DNA of 64,000 bases. It comes from Planctomycetota bacterium. Its GTDB lineage: Bacteria; Planctomycetota; UBA8108; SXIK01. The number at the start of each line of letters is the position of its first letter. Positions within the stretch are counted from its first letter, which is position 1. The position numbers and the translations under genes are program-made. Positions 18,399 through 27,418 of the stretch are shown here, in pieces. The notes beneath the pieces are model-generated. The model saw nothing but the letters and a program-made list of their open reading frames with translations, had not been told where the DNA came from and did not search any database. The stretch is taken from contig CBDCXR010000004.1 in assembly GCA_965223845.1 (NCBI GenBank), positions 2,080,001 to 2,144,000 of the forward strand. Direction: 5' to 3'.

Positions 18399-18835
18399 AA
18401 TCGCTGGACTCCCTCGTGCGTGAGAGTGAGCGATTCGATCGCGACGGAATTGCCCTGCGCGTCGAGCACGGCGCCTCGCCATTCCTCAGGCCATGCTGCG
18501 TCGAGGTTCCAGCGCGCCACGGGGGTAGTGCCGTCCTCGTCGAGAAGGACGATCGAGCACGCCTTCCGCTCGATGATCCCCTTCGACGTCTTGTCGAACC
18601 ACTCGGCGAGCTGCGTCGAACTCGTCACCCCGTAGCGAAGCGTCACGCCGAAGTACTCCACGCGACCGGGAAGCGAACGCACCTGCTGCCCGGCGCCCGC
18701 CTCGCGATAGAGGATCTTCTCGATTCGTGCGCCGAGGCCCTCGGCGCGCGCGAAGCTGGCTTCGGTCACGCCGGAGATCTCGAGCTTGAAGTTGAAATCT
18801 CGATAAGGGTCGGTTCTCGTGCCGGTTTCGGCCAT
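18395..18835 (-). CDS. Tail tube protein (T4 gp19/Afp1-like)
   Basis: DPYRDFNFKLEI, GL..IEKILYREAG, LPGRVEY..VTLRYG, W..AWP..W.G..LDA..VAIESLTLTHEG. Confidence 0.93.
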   Translation of the reverse strand: MAETGTRTDPYRDFNFKLEISGVTEASFARAEGLGARIEKILYREAGAGQQVRSLPGRVEYFGVTLRYGVTSSTQLAEWFDKTSKGIIERKACSIVLLDEDGTTPVARWNLDAAWPEEWRGAVLDAQGNSVAIESLTLTHEGVQRL

Positions 18836-18843
18836 GGTTTACC

Positions 18844-20079
18844 TCACTCTGCTTCGACTTCCGTGCCACCTTCGTACTGCCCGATCCGAAACACGACGAA
18901 CTCGGCCGGACGGACCGGTGCGATGCCGATCTTGATCGTCACCTTGCCCGCGACGATCTCTTCGTGAGGATTCGTCTCCTCATCGCACTGAACGAAGAAC
19001 GCTTCCTCCGGCGTCGATCCTTTGATCGCACCGTCGCGCCACAGCCGAAGAAGGAAGGCGGTCACGTCGCGTTCGATCGCGTTCCAGAGATCTTCGTCGT
19101 TCGGCTCGAAGACCACCCAGCGCGTTCCGAGAGCGATCGACTCCTCGACCATCGCGAAGAGCCGGCGGACACTCAGATACCGCCACTCACTGCTGGCCGG
19201 CGCGATCGTTCGTGCACCCCACACGCGGATCCCTTCCCGCGGGAAAAACCGGATGCAGTTGACGCCCGCGGGATTGAGCGTGTCCTGTTCCTGATCGGTG
19301 ACGCGGTAGGTGACTCCGACAGCTCCCTCGACCGCGGTATTCGCGGGAGCTTTGTGAACGCCGCGTACGGCGTCGGTGCGCGCCCAGACACCGGCGATGT
19401 GGCCCGACGGAGGGACCTCGACCGTCTGCTTCGGATTGAGAGGGTTTCGGATGCGGATCCACGGGAAGTAGAACGCGCCGTAGCCGCCGTCCTGCTGCGC
19501 CGGGCGCAACCCGCCGCCGCCGCCGACCGGTGTCCGCTTGCCGCCGCCCTCTTTCTCATCCTTGTCCTTCGTGTCCTTCGGCGGTCCTTCCGTCCCGACG
19601 GTTTTTAGCCGATCGATCTCCTTCGGATCGGTGACGTTCGGAGCGTCGAGGATCGCCACGCGGTCCTTCAGCTTGCTGCAGTGATTGAGGACGGCGCTGT
19701 AGTCGGCGAAGCTCGTGGCGCCCGGCGCCGCGACGATGGCGACTTCATCGACCTGCTCGAGTGCGGCGACGCCCTCGCGCGGCTTCCCCACGATCGAACC
19801 GCCTTCGCCGACGTTGACGACGTAGCAGCGAGAGCCGCCGTTGGAGAAGAACCCGTGGACCGCACTCGCGAGATCGGTGAGGTTCGTTCGGTTGCCGACG
19901 TACTCCTTGAGAAACTGCGACCAGTTGTTGATCGCGATCGGCTGGTGAACGTGCCGCGTCGGATCGGGAGCGACCCCCACGAAGCCGGGCGTGCTGGTTC
20001 CGAGCGCCGTGATCGGTCGCGAGCCGGTCGACTCCTCGACGATGTAAACGCCTGGGGTGCCGTAGTCGGTCATGCTCAA
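18844..20079 (-). CDS. Contractile tail sheath protein (Afp2/3/4-like)
   Basis: YGTPGVYIVE, FFSNGGSRCYVV, DRVAILD, FYFPW, PPSGHIAG..ARTD..RGVHKAPAN, WGART, WVVFEPN, AFFVQCDEETN, APVRPAEFV. Start may be ATG 20073. Confidence 0.95.
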   Translation of the reverse strand: MSMTDYGTPGVYIVEESTGSRPITALGTSTPGFVGVAPDPTRHVHQPIAINNWSQFLKEYVGNRTNLTDLASAVHGFFSNGGSRCYVVNVGEGGSIVGKPREGVAALEQVDEVAIVAAPGATSFADYSAVLNHCSKLKDRVAILDAPNVTDPKEIDRLKTVGTEGPPKDTKDKDEKEGGGKRTPVGGGGGLRPAQQDGGYGAFYFPWIRIRNPLNPKQTVEVPPSGHIAGVWARTDAVRGVHKAPANTAVEGAVGVTYRVTDQEQDTLNPAGVNCIRFFPREGIRVWGARTIAPASSEWRYLSVRRLFAMVEESIALGTRWVVFEPNDEDLWNAIERDVTAFLLRLWRDGAIKGSTPEEAFFVQCDEETNPHEEIVAGKVTIKIGIAPVRPAEFVVFRIGQYEGGTEVEAE

Positions 20080-20870
20080 TCCTCCGTAGGTTCAAAGCGA
20101 ACGACGAGGGGAGCCCCGGGGCTCATTCCCTGATCGGTTTCCACTGCGAGTTCCCGGTTGCGCGCCCGGATGACGAGGCGCTTTACGGGTGGGTGGTGGG
20201 GAACTCCCGCAAAGCGAAACTCTCCCCGGCGATCCGTGACGGTCGATAGACGAAGGGCGGGAAGGGACACCTGCGCACGCGAGAGCGGGATCTCGCTCGG
20301 GCCCTTCGCCCCGGCGCGTTTCTTGAGCGGAGCGACGACGCGTCCCCGGAGCTCGCCGATCGGCGTGGGGTGAAAGACCAGCGGGTGTTCGACGATGCGC
20401 ACCTCGCGCGCGACGCGCTCTCGCCGGACGAGCGCGCGCAACAGGAACGCGGGTCGCGGCGCGAGGCCGAGCTCCGGCCAGAGCTCCCGCGGAATCTGCA
20501 GATCGAGCTCGGCCGGCGTCGGTTCGGACTCTGAAGACGGCCGGAGAGTGGGGGGAGATTCGAGCGCGCTGAACACGAGCTCGGAGAGCATCGCGTGTGC
20601 TCGGTGCGGCGACGCGTCCCACGCGGAGACGAGAAACCGAACGGCGAACTGCATGGGGGTGTCGGCTCGGCCACGCGGAAGCGGGGCGGGCTCGAACGCC
20701 AGCAGATACACTGAGATGGCGCTACTCTCCGTCGACGCTTCTCCGACGATCTCCGCATTCGGATGCACCCTCCGGATCCACTCGTGGAGCTGCTCGGTCA
20801 CGAACTCGATCTCGGTGGTCGGCGCGACGTCCGGTGCGTTCGCTCGTCGACTCCTCCTCTGGGCCGTCAC
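20076..20870 (-). CDS. Pvc16/DUF4255-like cap protein with C-terminal carboxypeptidase-regulatory-like domain
   Basis: ISVYLL..EP, RFLVSAW, W..LG..PRPAF; C-terminal LSRAQVSLP...TDRRGEFRFAGVP. GTG 20870 overlaps the patatin TGA. Immediately precedes the sheath gene. Confidence 0.65.
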   Translation of the reverse strand: MTAQRRSRRANAPDVAPTTEIEFVTEQLHEWIRRVHPNAEIVGEASTESSAISVYLLAFEPAPLPRGRADTPMQFAVRFLVSAWDASPHRAHAMLSELVFSALESPPTLRPSSESEPTPAELDLQIPRELWPELGLAPRPAFLLRALVRRERVAREVRIVEHPLVFHPTPIGELRGRVVAPLKKRAGAKGPSEIPLSRAQVSLPALRLSTVTDRRGEFRFAGVPHHPPVKRLVIRARNRELAVETDQGMSPGAPLVVRFEPTED

Positions 20871-22888
20871 TCGAGGGCCTCCAGAACTTCGGCCACCGAG
20901 CTCGCGTTCTCGGCCTCGAGCTGCCGCTCCATCTCGTTTCGTGCGGAATCCGAGATCATCCAACCGAGCGGCAAGGGGACGTCGCTCGATCGGAGCCGAA
21001 ATCGAATGAACTTGCCGTTCGCGGCGAGTACGGCGGTCTTGATCGCAGCCTCGGCGTAGTGTCCGCGCGCATCGCGCGTGCTCAGCATGGTGCTCAGGGG
21101 TGCCGTCGCCTCTTTGAGGAACTCTCCTTCGTCGACCTCACTGGCCGTCGGCACGCCCTCGTCGGGTTGTTCGGGATCGTTGCTGATCACGATCACGATC
21201 GGAACGATCCGGGCGGAGAGACCGCGCGCGTTCGCCCCTCTCTGCACTTCCTGTAGAACCTCGAGGAGAGTCGCAGCCCCCGAGTTCTCGAAGTAGCCGC
21301 CGTCGACGATGAAGAGCGAGTCCGGTGCGTCGATCCGGCCCGCCGGGCTGACGTACGGAAATCGCGTGCTCATGTCGACCGCCGTACTCAGAGGTACGGC
21401 ACGGCGAAGGACGGTCTGCAGCTCGAACACGTCCTCGAAGCCGCTGCTGAGCGAGAGGTTGCTCATGACCATCCGCTTTCCCGTGGCGACGTTCGTTCCG
21501 TTGAGAAAGAGCGCCGGTACGGCGAGAGCCTCGTCGGACTGCCAGAGGTCGCCGAAGCGCCGCGCGAAACGGTCGTTCTTCTGCTCGCGTTCCCAAGCGG
21601 ATTCCCACGCTTTCTCTAGCGAGCGCGCGCGATCGAAGTAGCCGACAGGAAAGGGGAGGAAGCGCTGGAACAAGTCCTGGAACAGCATCGCCGCGATCGT
21701 CGGGGAGAGGAAATCGCGCGCGAGGATCTCTCCCGCGGCCCGCCGCGCGTCGTTTGCGTCGTCGGCGACCAGCGCAGCGAACACCGCGCCGCCGAGGCTC
21801 CCCCCCGAGACTCCGCTGACCGCGAACGTGTGCCGGCCGAACCGCCGCGGTCGGGACCGACTCTTGTCCTCGAGCTCGCCGAGGACGATCGCCGTCCAGT
21901 ACGCCGCCCGAACCCCGCCGCCCGCGGCGGCGACAAGGAACACGGGAATCTCTTTTCCGTTCGCCTCGCCGTCGCGCGCGGTCAGCCATCGCCCGGCAAA
22001 CTCCTCGGTCGAATTCCCGCGGCGTGCCGCGGGTCGGGACCGGAGCTCGCGGACGTGGTGATTGTCGTTCCAGAAGCTGAAGAGGATGGCGGCGACGAGA
22101 ATCACGCTGAGAAGTCGGGTACAGCGCCAAATCCGCGCGAGATAGACGAGAAAGCTCCCGATCGGGAGCCAGCTCGACATCGCGATGAAGAGGATGCTCG
22201 CACTTCCGATCCATGGCGCGACGCCAACCGACGCAAACGTGAAGAGAACGAACCAAAAGAGCGAGAGCCCAAAGGAGATCAGGAGGAGCACCTTCGTCGG
22301 CCGTCCTAGTTGAACGACCCCCTCCACGGGCTCGCGAATCGGCTCCCAGCCGAACACGTTCTTCAGAACGCGCGTGCGGAAGTAGACGACGAAAAAGAAC
22401 CCGACCGCGAGGAGAACGCACACGACGCCCATGATATTCAGAACGACTCCGGCGCCGCGGGGATCGGAGCTCCAATACGCGGCGGCGGAGCGAAAAAGCC
22501 CGATACCGCACGCAAGGAGTACGAGGCAGCCGAGAATCCGCGGAACGTGCGCCTTGAATCGGGCGGTCCACTTGGGGCTGATCCCTTTATGCTCCTCCTC
22601 GTGGGGGAGGTAGAACATGAACCGCGCCCAGTACCACGCGTTGAACGCGAGAACGATCGCGGCGATGAGGAAGACGACCCACTGGAACGTCGCCCAGAGA
22701 AATCGCCCCTCCGTCTCGCCGAGTCCGCGGAGCGCCTCCTGGACTTGACCGACGAAAACGAGCGAGATCGTCACGAAGAGGACGACGATCCCGCTGAATC
22801 GGCACAGCTTCAGCACGCCGACCAGATCGGACAGCCAATCGAGGGCGGCGCGAATCCATCGCGTCACCGTCGCTACTAAAGACCGCAT
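20867..22888 (-). CDS. Multi-TM patatin-like phospholipase (673 aa)
   Basis: About 7-8 N-terminal hydrophobic helices; oxyanion AGGGVRAA, nucleophile GVSGG, catalytic DGGYFENSG. GGAGG RBS before ATG 22888. Confidence 0.8.
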   Translation of the reverse strand: MRSLVATVTRWIRAALDWLSDLVGVLKLCRFSGIVVLFVTISLVFVGQVQEALRGLGETEGRFLWATFQWVVFLIAAIVLAFNAWYWARFMFYLPHEEEHKGISPKWTARFKAHVPRILGCLVLLACGIGLFRSAAAYWSSDPRGAGVVLNIMGVVCVLLAVGFFFVVYFRTRVLKNVFGWEPIREPVEGVVQLGRPTKVLLLISFGLSLFWFVLFTFASVGVAPWIGSASILFIAMSSWLPIGSFLVYLARIWRCTRLLSVILVAAILFSFWNDNHHVRELRSRPAARRGNSTEEFAGRWLTARDGEANGKEIPVFLVAAAGGGVRAAYWTAIVLGELEDKSRSRPRRFGRHTFAVSGVSGGSLGGAVFAALVADDANDARRAAGEILARDFLSPTIAAMLFQDLFQRFLPFPVGYFDRARSLEKAWESAWEREQKNDRFARRFGDLWQSDEALAVPALFLNGTNVATGKRMVMSNLSLSSGFEDVFELQTVLRRAVPLSTAVDMSTRFPYVSPAGRIDAPDSLFIVDGGYFENSGAATLLEVLQEVQRGANARGLSARIVPIVIVISNDPEQPDEGVPTASEVDEGEFLKEATAPLSTMLSTRDARGHYAEAAIKTAVLAANGKFIRFRLRSSDVPLPLGWMISDSARNEMERQLEAENASSVAEVLEALE

Positions 22889-23180
22889 CGCTACCGGTCC
22901 TCCCACAGCTGAACACGACCGCGCGTCCAACCCGCGCGCGGATCGTCGAGATACTCTACGCCTCCGGAAACCACGTCGGTCACGACGCGCCCCATTGAAC
23001 GTTGGCGTTCGATCGAGCACCGCGATCGCTCGTCGCAGCGCGAAGGACGGGTCGCGGGAACGGCAGCTCGAGTCCCGCTGAATCCACCGCCCTCGATCTG
23101 CCCCGCTCGCCGCAGCCTTCCGCTCGCCGCGTTCGAATTTCGATTCCATCCGAACGCGATGCGCTCAATCCATAAGAGGA

Positions 23181-23210
23181 ATCATCCGGGAGTCCCGCCG
23201 CGTGTGTCAA
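23181..23210 (-). promoter_or_regulatory. Candidate sigma70 promoter of the patatin-CIS operon, TTGACA-N18-GATGAT
   Basis: Perfect TTGACA on the minus strand (23210-23205) with a 4/6 match -10 box (23186-23181), about 290 nt upstream of the patatin ATG. Confidence 0.4.
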
Positions 23211-23314
23211 GCGCGCGATCTGCGGCGGGGAAAAGTCGAGTCGGAGCCTTGCCCTGTTCGGTGTACCCGGTCAAGACGATCGCACACCGGGGAAACATGA
23301 AGCTCGCGTGTCGC

Positions 23315-24229
23315 TCACTCCGTCATTTCTCCGTAGATCTTCGCGATCTGATCCTTAAACATGCGTCCGCGGTAGCGATCGAGGTGCTCGGGAACTTCGA
23401 TCGACGCCTGTAGACTCTCGAGCGTCGCGTTCTTCTCGATCCCCTTGCGCACCGCGCCCCGAAGAGTCGCGATGTACTCGCGCTGTAGTGCAATCAGGCT
23501 CTCGTCCGCACAGGCGCCGTGTCCAGGCGCGACGATCTTCACGTCGAGCTTCGCGAGGGCATCGAGGACGCGCAGCCACGACTCGGTGTCCCCATCGCCC
23601 ATATAGTTGAAGGGGCCGTTCACGACCGCGTCGCCGGTGAAGAGGATCTTCTCCTTCGGCAGATACGCGAAACCGTCACCGCGAGTGTGTGCCGTACCGA
23701 AGTGGAGAAGCTCGACGCGTCGTTTCCCGTCGTCGACGACGAGGCGATCGGGGTAGGTGATGACCGGCGGCATCGGCCCTTCGTCTCCGAGCGCGCGAAC
23801 GTCGTCGCGATTCGTCTCTCGCCAGCGCTTTGGCTCGTAGCGACGCATCTCCGTGACGACGTTCTCGTGGGCGATCGGCAGCGCGCCCCGAGTCCGCCAC
23901 ACCGCGTTACCGTACGCGTGGTCGCCGTGATGATGCGTGTCGAACACGAAACGCACCGGCTTTTCCGTCACCTTCGCGATCGAGTCGAGGCACTTCTTCG
24001 CGCCATCGGGAAAGTTCGCGTCGATCGCGAGGACGAAGTCGTCGAGGACGATAAAACCGTTGTTGCAGTGCCCGTGCGGTGCGTCGATGCGCCCGTGACG
24101 GAAATAGACCCCCGGCGCCAACTCGACGACCTGGTCGGCTTCGGTCTTGAAGATGTCCTGAACGACGGCCGCGCCGGCGCCGAGGCCGAGCGCGCAGATG
24201 GCGAGAAGAAACCAGCCGGTGCGGGGCAT
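23315..24229 (-). CDS. Secreted MBL-fold metallo-hydrolase (cyclase-like)
   Basis: Signal peptide; THHHGDH..GN, AHTRGD, FTGD and PGHG motifs. Confidence 0.85.
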   Translation of the reverse strand: MPRTGWFLLAICALGLGAGAAVVQDIFKTEADQVVELAPGVYFRHGRIDAPHGHCNNGFIVLDDFVLAIDANFPDGAKKCLDSIAKVTEKPVRFVFDTHHHGDHAYGNAVWRTRGALPIAHENVVTEMRRYEPKRWRETNRDDVRALGDEGPMPPVITYPDRLVVDDGKRRVELLHFGTAHTRGDGFAYLPKEKILFTGDAVVNGPFNYMGDGDTESWLRVLDALAKLDVKIVAPGHGACADESLIALQREYIATLRGAVRKGIEKNATLESLQASIEVPEHLDRYRGRMFKDQIAKIYGEMTE

Positions 24230-24597
24230 GGGGCGTCCTTTCGACGAGAGATCTCGGAACGAATTCGCCCCGGACAGACTGGGGCGATCCCCTGCGGGGC
24301 TCGAGGCGGATTGTACCCGGCCTCGTCCGCCGAGCGCGCCGCCGGGTCGGGAATTCCCCGCGCGGTTAAACGCCCGTTTACCTTCGCCCCTTAAACTCTC
24401 TCGTGTTCCGACGTCCGGAGGTCGCGCGGGATCGACCGTCCTCCGGCCCGTGGACAGCCTTCTCCGTCTTCCTGGCGGGGCGAAAAACGTCTCGGTCTGG
24501 ATCGCGACTTCTTCCACTCGCCCGCCGAACTCTGTCGAACCCAATCTGTGCTTGCCGCCGTCGGGCCTGTGTCAAAGAAGCAAGTTTGGAGAACCCT

Positions 24598-25464
24598 ATG
24601 ACTCTCTCAAGGAACTGGTTTGGGGCAGCTGTCGTCGTCGCGCTGATCGCGACGACCGTCGCCATCGACGCCGGGCCGCGACGCCACCGCCACCGCCCAA
24701 CCGGCGACCGAGACGGTGTCACGGAAGGTGATCGCGACGGCGAGAGGCGCCACCATCACCACCGGCGCCATCGCGCGCACCCGTGCACGGTCCTCGAGTT
24801 CGACGCCGACGGCGATGGCGCTCTCAGCGACGAAGAGCGGGCGGCCGCCGTGGCGGCGAGACGCGCTGAGCTTCTCGCCGAATTCGACGCCGACGAGGAC
24901 GGCGAGCTGAGTGACGAGGAACGCGCCGCCGCACGCGCGGCGAAGATGGCAGAGCGCGAAGCCCGCATCGCTGCCCGCATCGCAGAGTTCGATGCGGATG
25001 GCGACGGTGAGCTCAACGACGAAGAGCGCGCCGCGGCCCACGCAGCGCGCATCGCCGAGTACGACACTGACGGCGACGGCGAGCTTAGCGACGAGGAACG
25101 CGCCGCCGCTGCCGCCGCCCGCTGCGCCGGCTCCGACGCCGACAACGAGGAGGAAGAGGGCGAAGCGATGGTTCTCGAGCTCGCGCTCAGCCTACAGTTC
25201 CTCCGCGGGGATTCGAACTTCGATGGCGCGGTGAACATCGCCGATGCGATCGACCTCCTCGGGTTCCTCTTCCTCGGCTCGGAGACTCCGCTCTGTCTCG
25301 ACTCGGCGGACGCGAACGACGATGGATCGATCAACATCTCGGATCCATCGGCGACGCTCGCGACTCTGTTCTCCGGAGCAGGGCCGCTTCCGCCTCCGAC
25401 AGGCACTCCGGGCATCGATCCCACCGACGATGCGCTCTCATGCGGGGGTGCTTCGGGTTTCTAA
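24598..25464 (+). CDS. Secreted EF-hand repeat protein with His/Arg-rich segment and C-terminal dockerin-like domain
   Basis: Signal peptide; four E[FY]DxDxDGxL[SN]DEER repeats; FLRGDSNFDGAVNIAD...CLDSADANDDGSINISD. Confidence 0.8.
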   Translation: MTLSRNWFGAAVVVALIATTVAIDAGPRRHRHRPTGDRDGVTEGDRDGERRHHHHRRHRAHPCTVLEFDADGDGALSDEERAAAVAARRAELLAEFDADEDGELSDEERAAARAAKMAEREARIAARIAEFDADGDGELNDEERAAAHAARIAEYDTDGDGELSDEERAAAAAARCAGSDADNEEEEGEAMVLELALSLQFLRGDSNFDGAVNIADAIDLLGFLFLGSETPLCLDSADANDDGSINISDPSATLATLFSGAGPLPPPTGTPGIDPTDDALSCGGASGF

Positions 25465-25543
25465 CTGAGCCTCGAGCCGGCGACGGAGAACGATAGAGTC
25501 TCTCGACTGTAGACGTTCCGCCGTCGTGCTCTCACCGCGTACC

Positions 25544-25581
25544 AACGGCCCCTTCACCTCCCTGGTGAAGGGGCCCGTTTT
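25544..25581. terminator. Intrinsic terminator between convergent genes
   Basis: GGCCCCTTCACC-TCCCT-GGTGAAGGGGCC stem followed by CGTTTT. Confidence 0.7.
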
Positions 25582-25661
25582 CCATCGAGAGCTCCGCTCG
25601 TCGCGAAGCGTGATCCGAATCGAAGACGCGTACGCTCCCAGCGAGCGGTCGGTCGTTCAGC

Positions 25662-26990
25662 CTATTTCACCGTCCAGTCCTGAGTGAGCGCAACGCGCCC
25701 GGGGCGGTTCGTCCCGTCGCCTGCCGGCATGAGCACCTCGGCGTAGCAGTTGCCGTTCCAACCGAGCTCGCTCTCGCGGAAGCCGTTGTCGTTCATACCG
25801 GCCGTCGCGTGCACCTTTTCCGAGAGCTCGTTCAGACGCTCTACAAAGTCAACGACGTCGGCTGTCGTGACCGGCTTCGGTGTTTCTTTCGACTGGTTGC
25901 CGCCGAGCGTCGCTTCGAACGCCATCGTATTGGCGAGCGATTCGAGATGCGCCTCGAGGAGCCGGGGATGAGCGAACGTCTTCACCGCCATCAGCTTCCC
26001 GTCGATCGCGTACGCGAATCCGACCGGCGCCCCGCCATCGGCTCGGCTCAAGGTCGAGAAACGGTCCTGGATGTTCTTCGACAGTTCCTCGCGACTCTTG
26101 CCGCTCGATGCAACACCGTCGCCATCAATCGCCGCGAGGAGAGTTCCCGTCGACGGACGTTCTCCCGACGACTGGTTCGCGAGCTCGACGTTCTTCCAGA
26201 CGATCGACTGATTCGCCTCGTACTGTCCGCTCTGGCGCACCATCTTGTTCGCGAGAATGTTCTGGGCCGAAAACCGGCCGCGGGTGTTGCTTCCCGAGCG
26301 GTTCGCGTTCCACCGTCCCTGCTCGACGCAGAAGGCCTTGACGGGAGCCGTCGATTTCGGAGCGACGACCAGATCCTCGCCGATCTGCCGATCTTGCTTG
26401 CCGCCTTTGATGATCGTCCCCGCGCAGATCAAGATCGGCACATCCCCGAGGTTCTCGACGACCACCGTGCCAACCGTCGCGCCGCCACCGGCGGACGCGA
26501 CCTGGGATAGATTCCGATTCCCGTTCTGCCAGCCGGCCGAGCTGGACGATGTCCGGCTGGCTGGAGGGCGCGAGGGTCTCGGCGCGGGGGAAAGGCGCGG
26601 GGCCGGAGTGTTGTCCGCACCCGCCGGTGTGTCGACCTGTGCGCCGTTTCGAGAGAAGTCGTTGACGAGAGTCTGAACCGACGGGGCGCCGTTTTGGCCG
26701 CCGGCACCCGAGACCTCGCGCACCTGCGCGGTCCCTTTCGCCTGCGCGTCCTGAAGCGTGACGAACTCGCCGATGTCGATCGGAGACTCGTCGATCACCG
26801 GCCAAATCGTCAACCGGTCCATGGTCACCGGAGCAGCGAAGAATCGGTTCTCGTCGAGGCGCGCCTCCTCGCCCGCCGGAAGCGGAGCCGGAACCGGTGA
26901 CTCCTCGCGCTCGCGGTTCGCACTGCAAGCGCTGAGTGCGAGCGCTCCGAGAACCGAGAGTCTTTTTCGCAATGAGCTACGAGCCATCAT
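25662..26990 (-). CDS. Lipoprotein with ARPP-1/DUF6569-like domain
   Basis: Lipobox LSAC; VENLGDVPILICAGTIIKGGKQDR...FCVEQGRW...QSIVW; a Pro/Ser-rich insertion. Confidence 0.65.
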   Translation of the reverse strand: MMARSSLRKRLSVLGALALSACSANREREESPVPAPLPAGEEARLDENRFFAAPVTMDRLTIWPVIDESPIDIGEFVTLQDAQAKGTAQVREVSGAGGQNGAPSVQTLVNDFSRNGAQVDTPAGADNTPAPRLSPAPRPSRPPASRTSSSSAGWQNGNRNLSQVASAGGGATVGTVVVENLGDVPILICAGTIIKGGKQDRQIGEDLVVAPKSTAPVKAFCVEQGRWNANRSGSNTRGRFSAQNILANKMVRQSGQYEANQSIVWKNVELANQSSGERPSTGTLLAAIDGDGVASSGKSREELSKNIQDRFSTLSRADGGAPVGFAYAIDGKLMAVKTFAHPRLLEAHLESLANTMAFEATLGGNQSKETPKPVTTADVVDFVERLNELSEKVHATAGMNDNGFRESELGWNGNCYAEVLMPAGDGTNRPGRVALTQDWTVK

Positions 26991-27418
26991 GAACCTCCAA
27001 AAACGCGGCTTCGCCCGTGGGAACGAGTGATTGAATCTTCGAGCTCAGCCCGAACTAGACTCGGGCCGACATGTTCGTACGAGCAAAAGCGGAATCTTGC
27101 AAACGGACCGGCGTCACGGTTTTGTAACAAGGCACGCGAAACGTCCCCGTTTCCGTACGCACGAGCCTCCTTCCGGTTCCCGAACCCTCCCCGAGGAGAT
27201 CCGCAATGCGAGACCGTCGCCTCCCCGAGACCTCAAGACGCCGCAGGCGAAGGATTCAATCCGCTCTTCGTCGTATCGCGACTTCCGGGAAGACCGCGAG
27301 ACTGGACAGCTCCGCACGAAATCGGATGGGGCCCACCAGCGGTCCTCGAGGTCAGCCTCCGCGTCGCGACTCCTCGATGATTTCGCCAGAACCGTCTACC
27401 GTTCGCGTCGCGACTCCG

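Noticed and set aside
10440-20870. Prophage or canonical T6SS
   Set aside because: No capsid, portal, terminase, integrase or lysis genes, and no TssJ/L/M, TssK or ClpV. The single-chain sheath, gp19 tube and Pvc16-like gene fit an Afp/PVC-like CIS.
23315-24229. True metallo-beta-lactamase resistance gene, or part of the CIS operon
   Set aside because: Motifs fit the broad cyclase-like MBL-fold group. It is separated from the patatin by over 400 bp containing a candidate promoter.
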